From the NCBI GenBank assembly GCA_003971905.1, contig RSEE01000100.1:124001-188000 (forward strand): a stretch of DNA of 64,000 nucleotides, written 5' to 3'. This document shows, in pieces, positions 1 to 12,317 of this stretch. A model generated the notes under the pieces. The model was not told where the DNA came from. It searched no databases and worked only from the letters and a program-made list of their open reading frames with translations. The position numbers were made by a program, and so were the translations under genes. Origin of the DNA: Moniliella sp. 'wahieum' (taxonomy: Eukaryota). The first letter of the stretch is position 1, and each line of letters starts with the position of its first letter.

Positions 1-1050
1 TAGCACTTGCTTTTCTTTAGGACTCTGTTGCTCCGCCAACTATAGCGTACCAAGTGTGGTAACGCCGCGAGGAACGGAGTAATTCCGGAGATCCTCTACA
101 CCTGCTAGGTTCAACCAGGATCTGAAACAGGACCTAAGGACGTCTAATGCCATGTCCAACGGCTTTTACCCCGGGCTCGCCCCATGACACACGCGACCAA
201 TCCGCTTCCCAATCTAGGCCGGTCGAGCCCGCACCATCGCTTAAGCCAGATCTTTCTTCCTCTCTGTGTGGGAACATGGGCGAGCACGTATAGGCAAACG
301 TTTGTTGTTGCTTTGGGCCCAATCCGCTCTCAACGCGTGCAGTGCAAATGGTCAGGATACTCTTCGATTTGCCTGCATGTACAATTGTTCCCCTGCACGC
401 TACCAGGGCCAAGCCCCTCGTCTCTTTGGCGTGATATTTAGAAAGATTTTTTCGGTCAGGTCAAGATCGCCCTGTCCGTATATATTGAGCAGCAAGCAGT
501 TCCTTAGTTGCCAAATAGAGCCGAGGCGGGGGGCTGTAGTGGGATGGTTGGTAGCATGACGTCAGCCTTCCACGTTGGCTGTCGTTGGCTGCTTATCGAT
601 TGACGAGTACAGGGAGGCTCTGCAGGGCACTCTGGACTCTCATCGCTGATCTGACATTAGAGTCTAGCACTGCTTATGTCAGCCGGCACGGCCTACCAGC
701 GCGAGCAGCCGAACCCAGGACCTCTGCGTACCAATCAACCAATCAACCAACCCAACTCCAGTGCTTCTAGCGGTGCGTCTGCGCGTCTACGCGTCTCCCT
801 TCGTTTTCGACCACCTGCCCGCCCCAAACAAGGCATGGATGGCGGGCGTGACCCTCACTTTCGTCCAGCCGAAAGAAAGCAGACATCCTCCGAGGCAAGC
901 ACGCACATTTTGCCTTGCCCTGCCATACCATGCTTGCCCCGATCAAGCGGAGGTTGCCGTTGCTGTGGTATTCCCATGCGCCACTCTGTACTGACCCACC
1001 TGTGACCTTCTGCTGCATCCCCCCCTTGTCGTTGTCCTCCCAGACCCACC

Positions 1051-1568
1051 ATGACCCGCCCCGTTGGTTCCAAAAACAAGCCCAAAAAGGCCTCTACAAA
1101 GGCCTCTACCACCACGAAAAAGGTGAGGCGCGCCAAGAAGGACCGGTCCAAGCCCAAGCGCGCTTTGACGGCCTATGTCTTGTTCTCGCAGCAGACGCGC
1201 AACCAGGTCAAGGAGGACAATCCAGATGCTGGGTTCGGTACGTGTTGATGGCATGTTGGTGGGGGTATGGCAGGTGGGCTGACTTGGCTTTGATCTCATG
1301 GTTGCGGTTGTTGTTATTGTCGGTGTGTTGCTGCTGTTGCTGCTGACGTTGGTGGGGGGTGTTGGATATTGGCGTGGGCACGCTTGTTGGTGGGTGGTGT
1401 GGGTGAGCAGGTGACATTGGCCGCATCCTAGGGCAGATGTGGAAGGACATGGACGAAGAGGGCAAGAAGCGGTTCAGGGACCTGGCTGAGAAGGACAAGC
1501 TGCGGGCCGAACGCGAAATGGCCGAGTGGAAGGCGGCGCAGGCGGCAGCGGCAGAGGACGAGGGGGGG

Positions 1569-1600
<32 letters not shown>

Positions 1601-1607
1601 CGAGTAA
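1051..1607 (+). CDS. NHP6/HMGB-type single HMG-box chromatin protein with acidic tail; intron 1238-1410
   Basis: Basic N-terminus followed by KDRSKPKRALTAYVLFSQQTRNQVKEDNPDAGFG. Splicing GTACGT(1238)..CAG(1410) continues in frame to DIGRILGQMWKDMDEEGKKRFRDLAEKDKLRAEREMAEW, a poly-Glu tail, and TAA at 1605-1607. Confidence 0.88.
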
Positions 1608-1955
1608 GCGCTCGGCGGCTAAGATTATGCTCATGACTGGCAAGTGCGCTGGCAAGCACGGCAGGGGGGCAGCAGAGCAGAGCAGGTAGGCCGCAGACAC
1701 GCCCCGTGGGAGACGCGGCGGGGCACAGCGATAGTGGGAGGACGGGTGATCACCGCGTGCTGGAACAATTGCATGACGCCTGTTTGAACATTGCAACGGG
1801 GCGGTGGGCCGGCTGTGGTCGGTTGTGGAAAACGGCTGGGACGGGAGCTGGCATCGGCTGGATCGATCGGCGGGCGGCCTCTGCCCTTTCTCCTGCTCCT
1901 CCTGCTCCCCCGCTCCTCCGCCGACGCACCTTGCCCTCGTGCTGCGTCGCCCACC

Positions 1956-2615
1956 ATGTCAGGCAAGATGATGATCTACAAGCTTGTCGTCCTCGGTGAC
2001 GGCGGTGTGGGCAAGACAGCCCTCACCATCCAGGTCCGTCCCTCGTCCCTCGTCTCTACCCCCCTCCGCCCCGCTAACCCTCCCCTGCTCTGCTCAGCTC
2101 TGTCTCAACCACTTCGTCGAGACCTACGACCCTACCATCGAGGACTCTACCGCAAGCAGACCGTCATCGACGACCAGCCCTGCATGCTCGAGGTCCTTGA
2201 CACTGCCGGCCAGGAAGAGTACACGGCCCTGCGGGATCAATGGGTGCGCGAAGGCGAGGGGTTTCTGTTGGTCTACTCCATTGTCAGTCGTCCCACCTTT
2301 GACCGCATCGAGCGGTTCAAGAACCAGATTACGCGCGTCAAGGACCAGCCCAATGTACCCACCATGCTCGTGGGCAACAAGTGCGACAAGGCGGACGAGC
2401 GGGAAGTGTCACTGGAAGAAGGACAAGCCTTGGCCACGCGGCTTGGCTGCCAATTTGTCGAAACATCGGCCAAGACGTGCGTCAATGTCGAAAAGGCCTA
2501 CCTCAATGTAGTCCGTATGATCCGCGAACAACGGGGCGAGGTTGTTAACAAGCAAACCAAATCCAAAAAGAGAACGGCAAGCAAGGACAAGAAGCGCAAG
2601 TGCGCCATCCTCTGA
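1956..2615 (+). CDS. ras2: Ras small GTPase, Ras2-type (copy A); intron 2034-2097
   Basis: [64 protein letters not shown], ending KKRKCAIL (CAAX). The intron has a GCTAAC branch site. One 1-bp indel near 2147. Confidence 0.95.
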   Translation: MSGKMMIYKLVVLGDGGVGKTALTIQVRPSSLVSTPLRPANPPLLCSALSQPLRRDLRPYHRGLYRKQTVIDDQPCMLEVLDTAGQEEYTALRDQWVREGEGFLLVYSIVSRPTFDRIERFKNQITRVKDQPNVPTMLVGNKCDKADEREVSLEEGQALATRLGCQFVETSAKTCVNVEKAYLNVVRMIREQRGEVVNKQTKSKKRTASKDKKRKCAIL

Positions 2616-3476
2616 GGCCCTGGTTCGGCGTCCGTTTGGCCATCCCAATCGCCTCCATCTGTCTCAACCTGCCTCTTGACTTGAACCAGCCATCTTTTCT
2701 CTTCCATCCCCTCTCACCCCCCGCGTTCCCCCCATTCCCGGCACCTGGCATTGTCCTCTCCTCGCACATATGCATGCCATATCCTCATCAGGCGCATTTT
2801 CTTGTCCTGTTGCCCTCATCCACCTTCCTCCCCTATCTCTCTTTACTCCCACGTCGGCCTTCCCCAATGTGATCCGAAAGGGCTTGCGAGCCCATGCTAG
2901 TCTGCTACGATCTCTTATCTACCACAGTCCCCCCTCTCCCTTTGGCCATATTGTTCTTCTTGAGCCGAACTTCAAGCTTGCGTTCTTCCCCTTCCGTTTC
3001 CTTCGAGACTACGACCAGGTTATCATGGCTGGCGCATGGACCCCTTTTCGCGAGCCCTTTCCTTTCGTGACCCTTCTTGCGATCTCCTCCTGTTGGTGCA
3101 CTGTGCTCGGTGGGCACACCTGCATTTTTTCTTCTTCCCCCCTCCCCTATCCGGTTCTTTCTTTTCCATAGCTAGCCTCTAGATCCAAGAGGCTTCATCT
3201 GTCCATTTAGATCGCCTACAACTTGGGGGGTCCTACGCTCCTCGGTCGGCCCGGGGGCGGATCAGCGGACGCTGGGACTGAGGCAACAGGGCGACAGTTG
3301 TCACGCACCTCTTTACCCTTCCTTTCCTTGGATGGATGGGACTGTGACCGGACCTGGAGATTAAGCAATGAGCTGAGGTACCCCTTATTCTGTTGTCGTT
3401 GGTTTGAAGGTAGGTTAACCAAAGCGGGGGTATCTTCAGGCAAATGTGAATCGTAGGGGGCGGTGGTTCTGCAACA

Positions 3477-3574
3477 GGCGAGATAGCGAAGTGGTCTAAC
3501 GCGGTGTTAAGGACTCATCTCTGAATCCGCAACCGCAGTCCTCCGGGGCGTGGGTTCGAATCCCACTCTCGTCA
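3477..3574 (+). tRNA. tRNA-Leu (probably anticodon UAA), intron-containing
   Basis: Acceptor stem GGCGAGA/TCTCGTC+A, D-arm GCG-AAGTGGTCTAA-CGC, T-arm GTGGG-TTCGAAT-CCCAC and a long variable arm. TAA is followed by a ~19-nt intron, and a T-run Pol III terminator follows the gene. The 5' anticodon stem is about 3 nt short, consistent with homopolymer collapse. Confidence 0.8.
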
Positions 3575-4227
3575 TCTTTTTTTCCCTTTCCTGTTACTAC
3601 GGCTGCCAAGTCAATGATGCTGGCCCTGGCTGGCCACGCCGACCATGATTTAGAGCGCTCGTAAACGTGGATCTAGTATCGGTGTTGCGGCCTCTCAAAG
3701 GATCAACTTATTCAATAAGTTTGCCTCCAATACGAACTGCACCAATGCTAAGCACAACCGAGAGTTCAAGGTAAACGTTGCTAACTAGTTCACTCTTTCC
3801 GATAAACACTGCATGCCTACTTGCACCATCGACACCTCGATAACCCCCGCCCCTGCCCCACTGCACCAACGGCAAGGTTGGGGCTAGCGAGGTGCCAAGA
3901 GGATCACATATCAAGGCGATTGACGCGCCATATTTTACCAGGGTCCGAGCCAGCAACATGTACGTGATCCATAATCCTCTTTGGCCAAAGAGAGAGGTAG
4001 AGGAATGACAGTAGAGAGGGAAAGATGAGAAACGAAATGGATGGGGAGGAGTGAGGAGGGCTGCACAAACGTCCAGTCCCGATAGCATGAACCAGATGCC
4101 ATATCAGGGATCACAATCATTCGCGATCTCGCGACTCTTAACCCCCCGCTTTCCGCATCCAAAGACGAAAAGGGGATCCACCCATCTCATTGGTTTGACA
4201 GAGGAGAATGAAATCATCGTACGGTTT

Positions 4228-4565
4228 TTACATCTTGCGGCGGAAGGAGCAGCCCTCGGTCAAGCGGGCCTTGCCACCGGGGGGGTGGCCAGGACCTGAG
4301 AGCAGGAGCCGCAGACAACGACCGTCTGAGCGTGGCTGAACACGGTAGTCAGGGCAAAGCACCCAGGGCACTTGATGTCCTGGAAGTAAGAGCGCGGCTG
4401 CTGGACGAGCAGCTTGAGCTTGTGCGTCCGGGCCTGCTGCTCGGCGCTGGGGTTCAGGAGGTCGACGGCCAGAGTCTGAGGAAGAGAACGGAAGAAGGAG
4501 AACGGGAAGTGGTTAGCACAGCGCTCATCGAGGCAACGTAGGTACAGAAGCGCGCTACTCACCAT
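4228..4565 (-). CDS. RPS27: 40S ribosomal protein S27 (eS27); ATG-only first exon, intron 4476-4562
   Basis: ATG|GTGAGT...[81 protein letters not shown]. One indel in a C-run. Confidence 0.95.
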
Positions 4566-4937
4566 CTTAGGCAGCAAGCGGCACAGGCAAAGGGTGTGAA
4601 CGAAGGGCGTTGGGTGTAGCAAGCGGGGCTGGATACCAAACGGGACGAAGACGCGAGACGATGCACCGTTACCGTTAGGGTTACCACCGGTCTTGGTCCC
4701 ACGCCTGGGCGCGCCGACCAAATGCGAGAAAGGCATGTCGCCTGTGTAAATCATTTAATTGCGCCGCGAATGGCTCGGGGGCCGTGTTACCGCAGCCCTG
4801 CGCACGGGCGGTTGGTGTTCCCAACCCTAGCCATGCATCGCCCGCGGCCCCAGTCGCCGAGCCGGAGGGCCCTCGAGGCCAGGGGGAGGATTGACCTGCT
4901 CGTCCAGCCGTCGTCTGCCGCACCCGACTCGTTCGCT
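4566..4937. promoter_or_regulatory. Bidirectional promoter of RPS27/RPL19 with telo-box-like motifs
   Basis: A 372-bp spacer between head-to-head ribosomal protein genes, containing TTAGGGTTA at ~4675 and AACCCTAG at ~4823. Confidence 0.6.
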
Positions 4938-5522
4938 ATGGCCGGCAGCAACCTACGCATCCAGAAAGCCTCGCGGCCAGTGTGCTCGGTGTGGGCAAGC
5001 GCAAGGTGTGGCTTGACCCCGCCGAGCAAGGGGAGATTGCCAACGCCAACAGCCGTGCCAACATTCGCAAGCTTGTGGCCGAAGGCCAGATCCTCAAGCA
5101 GCCCGATGTGGGCCAGTCGAAGGGCCGTGCTCGGGCCCTGCACGCGGCCAAGCGTCTCGGTCGCCACACTGGCCACGGTAAGCGTTCGGTACGGCCGAGG
5201 CGCGCATGCCGACCAAGATCCTGTGGATGCGGCGGCAGCGTGTGCTGCGTCGTCTCCTGCGCAAGTACCGCGAGGCGGGCAAGATTGACAAGCACCTTTA
5301 CCACGAGCTGTACCTGAAGAGCAAGGGTAACGTCTTCAAGAACAAGCGTGTGCTGATTGAGCACATCCACAAAGCCAAGGCGGAGAAGGCGCGTTCCAAG
5401 CACCTTGCCGACCAGATGGAGGCCCGTCGTGCCCGCAACAAGGCGATGCGGGAACGTCGTGCCCAGCGCATTGCCGAGAAGCTGCTGCCGTCATCGCCGT
5501 CGAGCAGGAATCGGAGAACTAA
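4938..5522 (+). CDS. RPL19: 60S ribosomal protein L19 (eL19)
   Basis: [110 protein letters not shown]. Several indels. Confidence 0.95.
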
Positions 5523-6229
5523 ACAGGCTTCACATTTGCCGTGGGCCAGCGAGCGCCAGCTGTTGTAGCGGGGATGAGGTGGCAGGCGCTGTAGCCGTCT
5601 CTCCCTCGTCGTGGCGCGACAGCATTGAACGAGTCTTCCGTCCAGTATGCCCCCGTTTTGCCGTGCATTCCTGCATTCCCTTTCGGTTTCTTTTTTGGCG
5701 CGAGCGGAGGCACCATGCACTCAAACCCCACGGTGCCACACCAAAATGGCGGCCCCCATGCCCTGCTACTTCTGGCGTGGAATGCCATCGCACGCATTGC
5801 TCGCATTGTACAACATATCCATAGTTCCCATATACTTACAGGCGAGGACGAAGTGGTGGGGTCGTAGCATTAGCACAATACGCACAATATGCTAATGAAC
5901 AGATGGAAGCGGGGTAGTCGCCATCGGCCAGGGTGGATGGGAATACAAGGAGATGGGGAAAAAAGTCATAGCACAAGCTAAAGGGATAGAGGGCATACAG
6001 AAGAAACAAATGCCGAGAAATGGGGGAAACGGGAATAACAGGTGGCCTGGCTGGCATGGCTTGGCAGGCCCAGGCATGACCTGCCAATGCTCAGTCCGCG
6101 TGGCAAGATAGAAGGAGGGGGGGGCGGAGGGTGTGAAGCAGACGTGGCAGCAGAGATTTCACCTCTGTTGACAAGCGAGAGGGAGGGAAATGGAATAATT
6201 TTCCGAAGAGAGTGGGTAGCGACCGAAGC

Positions 6230-7788
6230 TTACTCCCGTGGCTCCCCCTCGTAGCCATTGGCTTCGTAAGCATCCTCAGCGGGCGCCAAGCCATCTTCCT
6301 CGGCGTACTCTTCCTCGTATCCCTCCTCAAGGAGCTCATCCTCGTCGATGCCGGCCTCCTGGTACTGCTGGTACTCCGACACAAGGTCCATGAGGTTGGA
6401 CTCGGCCTCGGTAAACTCCATCTCGTCCATGCCTTCGGCGGTGGTTTGTACCAGTGAAGGAAAGCGCGACGACGGAACATGGCGGAAAACTGGGCTTGGG
6501 TCCGCTTGAACAGTTCTTGGACGGAGGTGGTGTTGCCAATAAAGGTGGCGCTAACTGGTGAGTCGACCGGCGGCACGTCGCAGAGAGATGTGGTGATGTT
6601 TTGCGGGATCCAGTCAACAAAGCCAGAGGCGTTTTTCTGTTGTGCCTGGAACATTTCGTCCTCCACGTCTTTGCTCTTGATGGCCTCGCCCCGGAAGTTG
6701 GCGCCAATGGTAAGGTACTTGCCCATAAACAACAGAAACATTCATCAGAAACTCGTTGAACAACCAAAAGGAGGAATCCATACAGCGAGCGTCGACGGCA
6801 GCCATGGTATTGCAGGAGCAAGGCCCTGTTGCACCAGCTCGGCCACCTTGAGGTTGGTGTAGGCCTTGGAACCAAGCGAGACGAGAGGCGCATAGCCAAC
6901 GGTGAAGAAGTGAAGACGAGGGAAGGGGCCATGTTGACAGCAAGCTTACGCAGGTCCGAGTTGAGATGGCCTGGGAAACGCAATGTCGTTGACACACCCG
7001 ACATGGCCTTGGCGATGACCTTGTTCAAGTCGGACGAGGTGGGGTCTTGATGCGAAGCGTCTTCATGCAATGTCAAACAGCGCCTCATTGTCCAAACAAA
7101 AGGTGAGGTCCGAGTGTTCTACCAACTGATGGAAACTGAGAGTTGCGTTGTACGGCTCCACCACCACCACCTCGCTCACTTTGGGGCTCGGAAGGACCGA
7201 CCAAGAGCTGAGGATGCGGTCGGGGAACTCCTCGCGAAGCTTGGTGAGCAGGTTAGTACCCAAGCCCGAGCCGGTACCCCCGCCCAGGGAGTGGAGCAGC
7301 TGGAAGCCTTGGAGGACATCAGCCTTCTCGGCCTCCTTGCGGGCCGCATCCATAACCGAGTCTATCAGCTCGGCACCTGAAGGGGAGCAGACGACGGAGG
7401 AGTCAGGAGAAAGCAGGAGGGGGGGGTGGGGGGGGGTTGAAAGGGGGGCAAGACGAACCTTCGGTGTAGTAGCCCTTGGCAAAGCTGTTGCCAGCGCCCG
7501 AGCTTCCAAAAATTAACGAGTCGGGGCGGAAAAGCTTGGAGAGGGGTCCGTTGCGACGACGTCGATGGTGCCGGGCTCAAGGTCAACAGTGATGTTGCGG
7601 GGGACGAAGCGATTGCTGTCGGCAGACTCGTTGAAGAAGACGTCCACCTTGCCGAGCTGGCGGTCGTCTGAGCCAACGTAGGAGCCTTCATAGTCGAGGC
7701 CGTGCTCGGCGGTGATGTTCTTCCAGAACTCGGTGCCGACCTGGGTGCCGGCCTGGCCGACGCTGAAGGTGATGATCTCGCGGCCCAT
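6230..7788 (-). CDS. Divergent beta-tubulin; introns 7377-7458 and probably ~6727-6783
   Basis: [112 protein letters not shown], then an acidic tail. Confidence 0.93.
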
Positions 7789-8020
7789 GGTGCTGGAGGA
7801 GGAGAGGAGGAAACAACACCCGCGGCCCCCCACACCGCCCTGCCCGGCACGGGGCCAGTCTCGCCGGCTGGGGGCGCAGTGTGTGGCGGCCGCGTGCGCT
7901 TTCAATTTCAAGTCCTCACGTGCATCATCCGCTGCCGCCCGGAGAAGAACTCGCAGAATCGAATCTCGTATCTCAGCCAAGCAAACCTCCACCTCATCTC
8001 CATCTTCCGTCTGCTGCGCC

Positions 8021-8090
8021 TCCTCCATCTCCATCCTCCCTCATCTACTTCTCCTCCATCTCCTCCTCCATCTCCTCCATCTCCTCCTTA
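8021..8090. repeat. CT-rich microsatellite (TCCTCCATC-like units) in the tubulin/MRS2-A divergent promoter
   Basis: Visible tandem tccatc/tcctcc units. Confidence 0.6.
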
Positions 8091-8113
8091 TCTCCTCCCT
8101 CTCCGCACCCGCC

Positions 8114-10340
8114 ATGATCCGTCCGCCATGTCGGCCACCGCCATGTGCCTTCTGCCTGCTGCGGATCGCCCAGCCGCGTGTCCGTCCCCAGCTACTGCCC
8201 TCTCCCCGCTTCCGCCCCCTCCTATCCCCCCCATCGCTTCTGTCCTTCCCTGTCCCGTATCCACCACCTCTGCACTCCGCTGGGCATCCAGCAAGACTCA
8301 TAATGCTCCAGATGGCGCTGCCGATCCCAGTTCCAGCACTGCCACCAACACCAACACCAGCCCCAACTCCGAACCAGGACCAGAATCGTCTCATGCCTCT
8401 GATGCCGGTCCCGCGCACCGCCCCGGCGCCCGTGCTCACTTTGGCCCCGGCCTGGTGGGCACGGTTGGATCACTGCATTCCAAAACGGGACTCTTGCTCC
8501 GCTGCACGATCTTTGACCGCCATGGCACTGCTCGCATAGTTAGCGGCACATTTGACAAATCCGTCCTGTGTGCCGAAAATGGGCTGGAGATGCGCGACTT
8601 GCGCAAGATCGACTCGCGTGTTCCTAACGTTGTGCCTACCATCCTTGCCCGCCGCGGAGCCTTTTTGGTAAACATTCACATCCGCGCCCTCGTGAAGCAC
8701 GATACTGTGCTTCTCTTTGATGGGTACGTCCTTCTGTTTGCTCCTCTTGGAAACGAATCGTGAATTGCTGACGGGTCGGTGAATGGGATAAAGGTATGGC
8801 GCCTCCAACAGTCAGCTCCACAGTTCATTTGTGTACAACTCGAGCACAACCTCCGCCTGGCCAATGTCTCCCGCGTGCAAAAAGGTGACCAAAAAGGCGT
8901 CGCCCCTTCTGCCGGGGACGAAGAAACAGGCGCACTTCCTTATGAGTTTCCAGCTCTCGAGGCCATTCTGGCTAGTGTGCTCGAGGCACTGCACATTGAG
9001 CTGGAAGGAATCCGTCAGCTCGTCTTTTCCCTTCTCGCCTCGCTCGATCATAACATTGATCGGGAAAAACTACGTGCGCTTTTGGCCTACCGGCGGAAAG
9101 GGGTGATTTACTTTCCCGCTCCCGAGGCGTCAAGGGCGCTGTGGCCGAGGTGCTGGAGAGTGACGAGGACATGGCCTCATGCACTTGACCGACGCAGCCC
9201 AGGGCCATCCCCCACGGCCCAGAGCTTGGCATGGCAGTATGACTCGCTCGAGCTGTTGCTCGAGTCTTTTGACAAACAATTGGAAGAAGTCATCAGCTAC
9301 ACGGAACAGATGCAATCTAACATTGGCGGTACCCAAGAGATTGTCGAGCTGATCCTCGATTCGAATCGCAATCAGTTGCTGCTTGAGCTGCACGTATCGA
9401 TTGCCACCTTGGGCTTTACCGGTGGTGCACTGATTGCTTCGTTCTTTGGTATGAACTTGCATACCGGCCTGGAAGAGAACCCGATTGCCTTCTCGGTAGT
9501 ATGTGTGTCGGCACTTGTTGTGGTCGCCACCTTCTCTGCTGCGGGAATGCGGAGAATCAGCAACATCCAACGCATCGGTCTTGGTCGAGCTCGGCGATCC
9601 CCACTCCTGATGCGGTGCTACGTTTGCAGCAGCCTGGTGCGGCCCCTTGGTCCCAGGGTCCCGTCGTCCCACCTGGCGGGGCTAGCCCGTTCCCACCACC
9701 CCAAACCCCAGCCCATCAGAGCCAGCTCCTACATCCACCCCGGCCCGGATAGAATCGACATTCTCCTCCAGCTCCGCACTTTCTGGCCCCGCAGTTACGC
9801 ACCCCAATCCAGGACAGGGTGGTGCACACCCTCCGCTCGCGCATGCCAACCGGTCGCGTCCCCAACACCAATCCCAGTTCTCGCATGCCACCCCCTTCGT
9901 CCGCTAGGCCAATGGGGCCAGCTAGCATGCCAAACACGTCGCCTGGATCTCCTGGATGGGCCTCTGGTTCTTCCCCGCTTAGGGGGTGCCCGTGGTCCCA
10001 CGCCAATGGCCCATGGCCCTGTGTTCGCTGGGATTGACATCTGTCCCTGTACCTGCTCCTAAGGGTATACTGTCCAAATCAAAGCAATGGGTTAAGACGC
10101 TGATCTTTGGACCGGATCCAGTGCAAATGACGTATGCCCCGCCCGAAGGGCTGGACGCAGCATATGGGCCGCATATGCGCCTGGACCGTTTGCCAGGCAA
10201 AATTGCTTTCCGGAGTACTCGGCCGACTTGATTGGTGCCGGCTACAGTTCAAACCGATGGGGCAGCTCGCGGCGTCCAAGCGGGCCGCTGCGAATGAAAC
10301 GTCAGCAACAGGACAAGCCGATCGCTATGAGAAGCACTGA
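8114..10340 (+). CDS. MRS2: Mitochondrial Mg2+ channel, CorA/MRS2 family (copy A); intron ~8724-8792; core ends ~9600, C-terminal extension uncertain
   Basis: Arg/Pro-rich presequence-like N-terminus, then LLRCTIFD..GLEMRDLRKIDSRVPNVVPTIL..HIRALVKHDTVLLFDG..LPYEF.ALEAIL..ELLLESFDKQ..QEIVELILDSNRNQLL..FFGMNL (GMN motif) and two TM helices. Confidence 0.85.
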
Positions 10341-10689
10341 AGCCATGTTAATCCCCTCGCATTGTGTATCAGCCTCTTCATTGACTAGGCGTAGGATTCT
10401 GGTATATCCTCTGGGCCAGATTCTTGTTCATGCTTAGTACTTTGGCATCCATGTATCTCACCGACACTGCAGTTCCTATGCACTACTTCCCGCGTTGCGT
10501 TTACTTTAAGTTCCTACATGAATTTAGTTACCACAGCGGTATAGAATGAACTTGGTCATCCAAAAAAATTATAGCGGCGGCGCTAGTTTTCGCAACGGTC
10601 TCTCTGGCTTGCGCATGCGAGCCAAAACGGGGTCTGCTTTTGGCATCCTCACACGCGGCAAGTCGGTCGTGTCCGGACCCAAAAAGGAG

Positions 10690-10774
10690 GGCTTCAAAGG
10701 GGAATCGAACCCCTGTCACATCGATACGACACTGGCGTGATGGCAACGATGTAGTATACACTAACCCATGAAGC
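10690..10774 (-). tRNA. tRNA-Gly(GCC), intron-containing
   Basis: The minus strand reads GCTTCAT..ACATCG-TTGCCA-[~16-nt intron]-TCGATGT-GAC-AGGGG-TTCGATT-CCCCT-TTGAAGC, then TTTTT. The D-arm is imperfect (error or degenerate copy). Confidence 0.7.
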
Positions 10775-11485
10775 TTGATGATTGTCTTGTAGAAGAAAAC
10801 TTCCCGACGGTTTGTGGGATATATACACTCAGCGAGAAGTTGATTCTATCCTCGGTGAGCCACAGACAACAGTGTGGCACACCAGGCTACGCCAGCAAAG
10901 AAATCCAATCGACAAGTATCGAATCAATAGGAGTCATAACGGGCCACAAACAAGAGATGTGTCCTCTCTTCCCGTTTCAGTCTCTGGCAACGGGAAAAAG
11001 TCTCTCAACAGTTCAGTACGTCTTCCATTCATTATTGCTCTCTCCGCGGGCTTTCCTGCCTAGGTCACCACTCCGGGTTCCGACAGCTATCCAACGCGTG
11101 ACATACGCACACGTTGCCTGGAACCACACGCAACCAGCTCCACCTTCGGTAACATGAGACGCCACATCACGCGGCAATGCCCCCCCACGGACAAGTACGC
11201 GTTGGGAGCGACCGACGGGTTCACGAGCGTCGCTTTGCCTTGGTCTAAATGTATGCACAGGAAAAACTAACTAGAGGTGCCTTTTCGCCACTCGCTTGTG
11301 TCGATACGTGCGCTATCGATAACAAAGGATTGCGATCCCTATATATCATCTACATTCGAACACACACTCGAGGCAAGGGGGGGTGGGGTGGTAGTAAAGT
11401 AGCGTAAGTCCCCAAGGGGAAAAGATGAGTTAGTGCATGGTATGTAGGTCGTAGACGTGCCAGAAGAAGGGCAGAGGAGGAAAAC

Positions 11486-12317
11486 TTAGAGCGCAAGCGC
11501 AAGCAAGCGAACGGCATGCGGGAGCCGAGCCATGATCACATAAAGGGCCGCTGAGGAAGATGCCATCATACAGAGCAAGGGAGCAAGGGAACTGCCCATG
11601 CCCCAGGCCGAGCGGAGGAGCGGACAAAGCTGCTTGCGCACCAGTAAGCGCAGCAACCACGTACGTCGTACACGCTGACTGGCAGAGGAGGCGTTCGCAC
11701 GGATCCCCCGCGGAGGGGAGGGCGGGGGCGAGGCGAGGATGAGGGGGCGCGGGCCGGAGCGCGGAGACGACCCTGACGTAGCAACGCTGGAGTCTTGCAC
11801 CGAAAGGCCGAGGTGTGAGTGATGAAGCATTCGCGACCCTCGGGTGGAAGAGTTGAGGGAGTAAGAGCGGGTGTGGGAGGGGGGCGAAGGGGCGAGCGTG
11901 GGGAAAGAGGGAATTGCGGGGAAAGGGAGGGGCATGATGATCCGGGCGAGCGTGGGGAATCGGACAGGCCAGAGGGAAGGGCATAGGAGCCGTCCATGCT
12001 GACTGGCCGTCGGCGCTGGGGAGAAGAGGGAGAGGCAGGCGGGCCCCAGCCGAGGGACACGCGACGCTGGCGAGCAGTAATGCTGTCGACGAGCTGGAGA
12101 CGTTTGAGTTGGGTGCGGGGTTGCGGAGGCGAAGGGGCATTGGACTGAGTGGCAAAACGCATGCCAATCCGCGCAGCATCGAGGCGCTCCTCTGACAGCG
12201 GAGAGGGGAGGGGCAGGCGGAACGGGGGGGCGTGAGGGGCGGGCAGGTGGAGGAGAGACCCAGGCCGACGCGGGCGGTCGTTGGGCAGTGTTGGGTCCAG
12301 GGGAAGGGGGGGGTCAT
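11486..12317 (-). CDS. Hypothetical Ser/Pro/Arg-rich protein
   Basis: Long overlapping minus-strand ORFs that can be joined by indels (LSEERLDAARIGMRF..QLKRLQLVDSITARQRRVSLGW..), with many SP motifs and no recognisable domain. Confidence 0.4.

Noticed and set aside
3600..3700. Box C/D snoRNA co-transcribed downstream of tRNA-Leu
   Set aside because: Only imperfect C-box-like ATGATGC/ATGATT sequences are present, there is no CTGA D box, and the tRNA is followed by a T-run terminator.
4938..5522. Programmed ribosomal frameshifting or pseudogenes in the split genes
   Set aside because: The frame breaks are ubiquitous and associated with homopolymers, so sequencing error is the simpler explanation.
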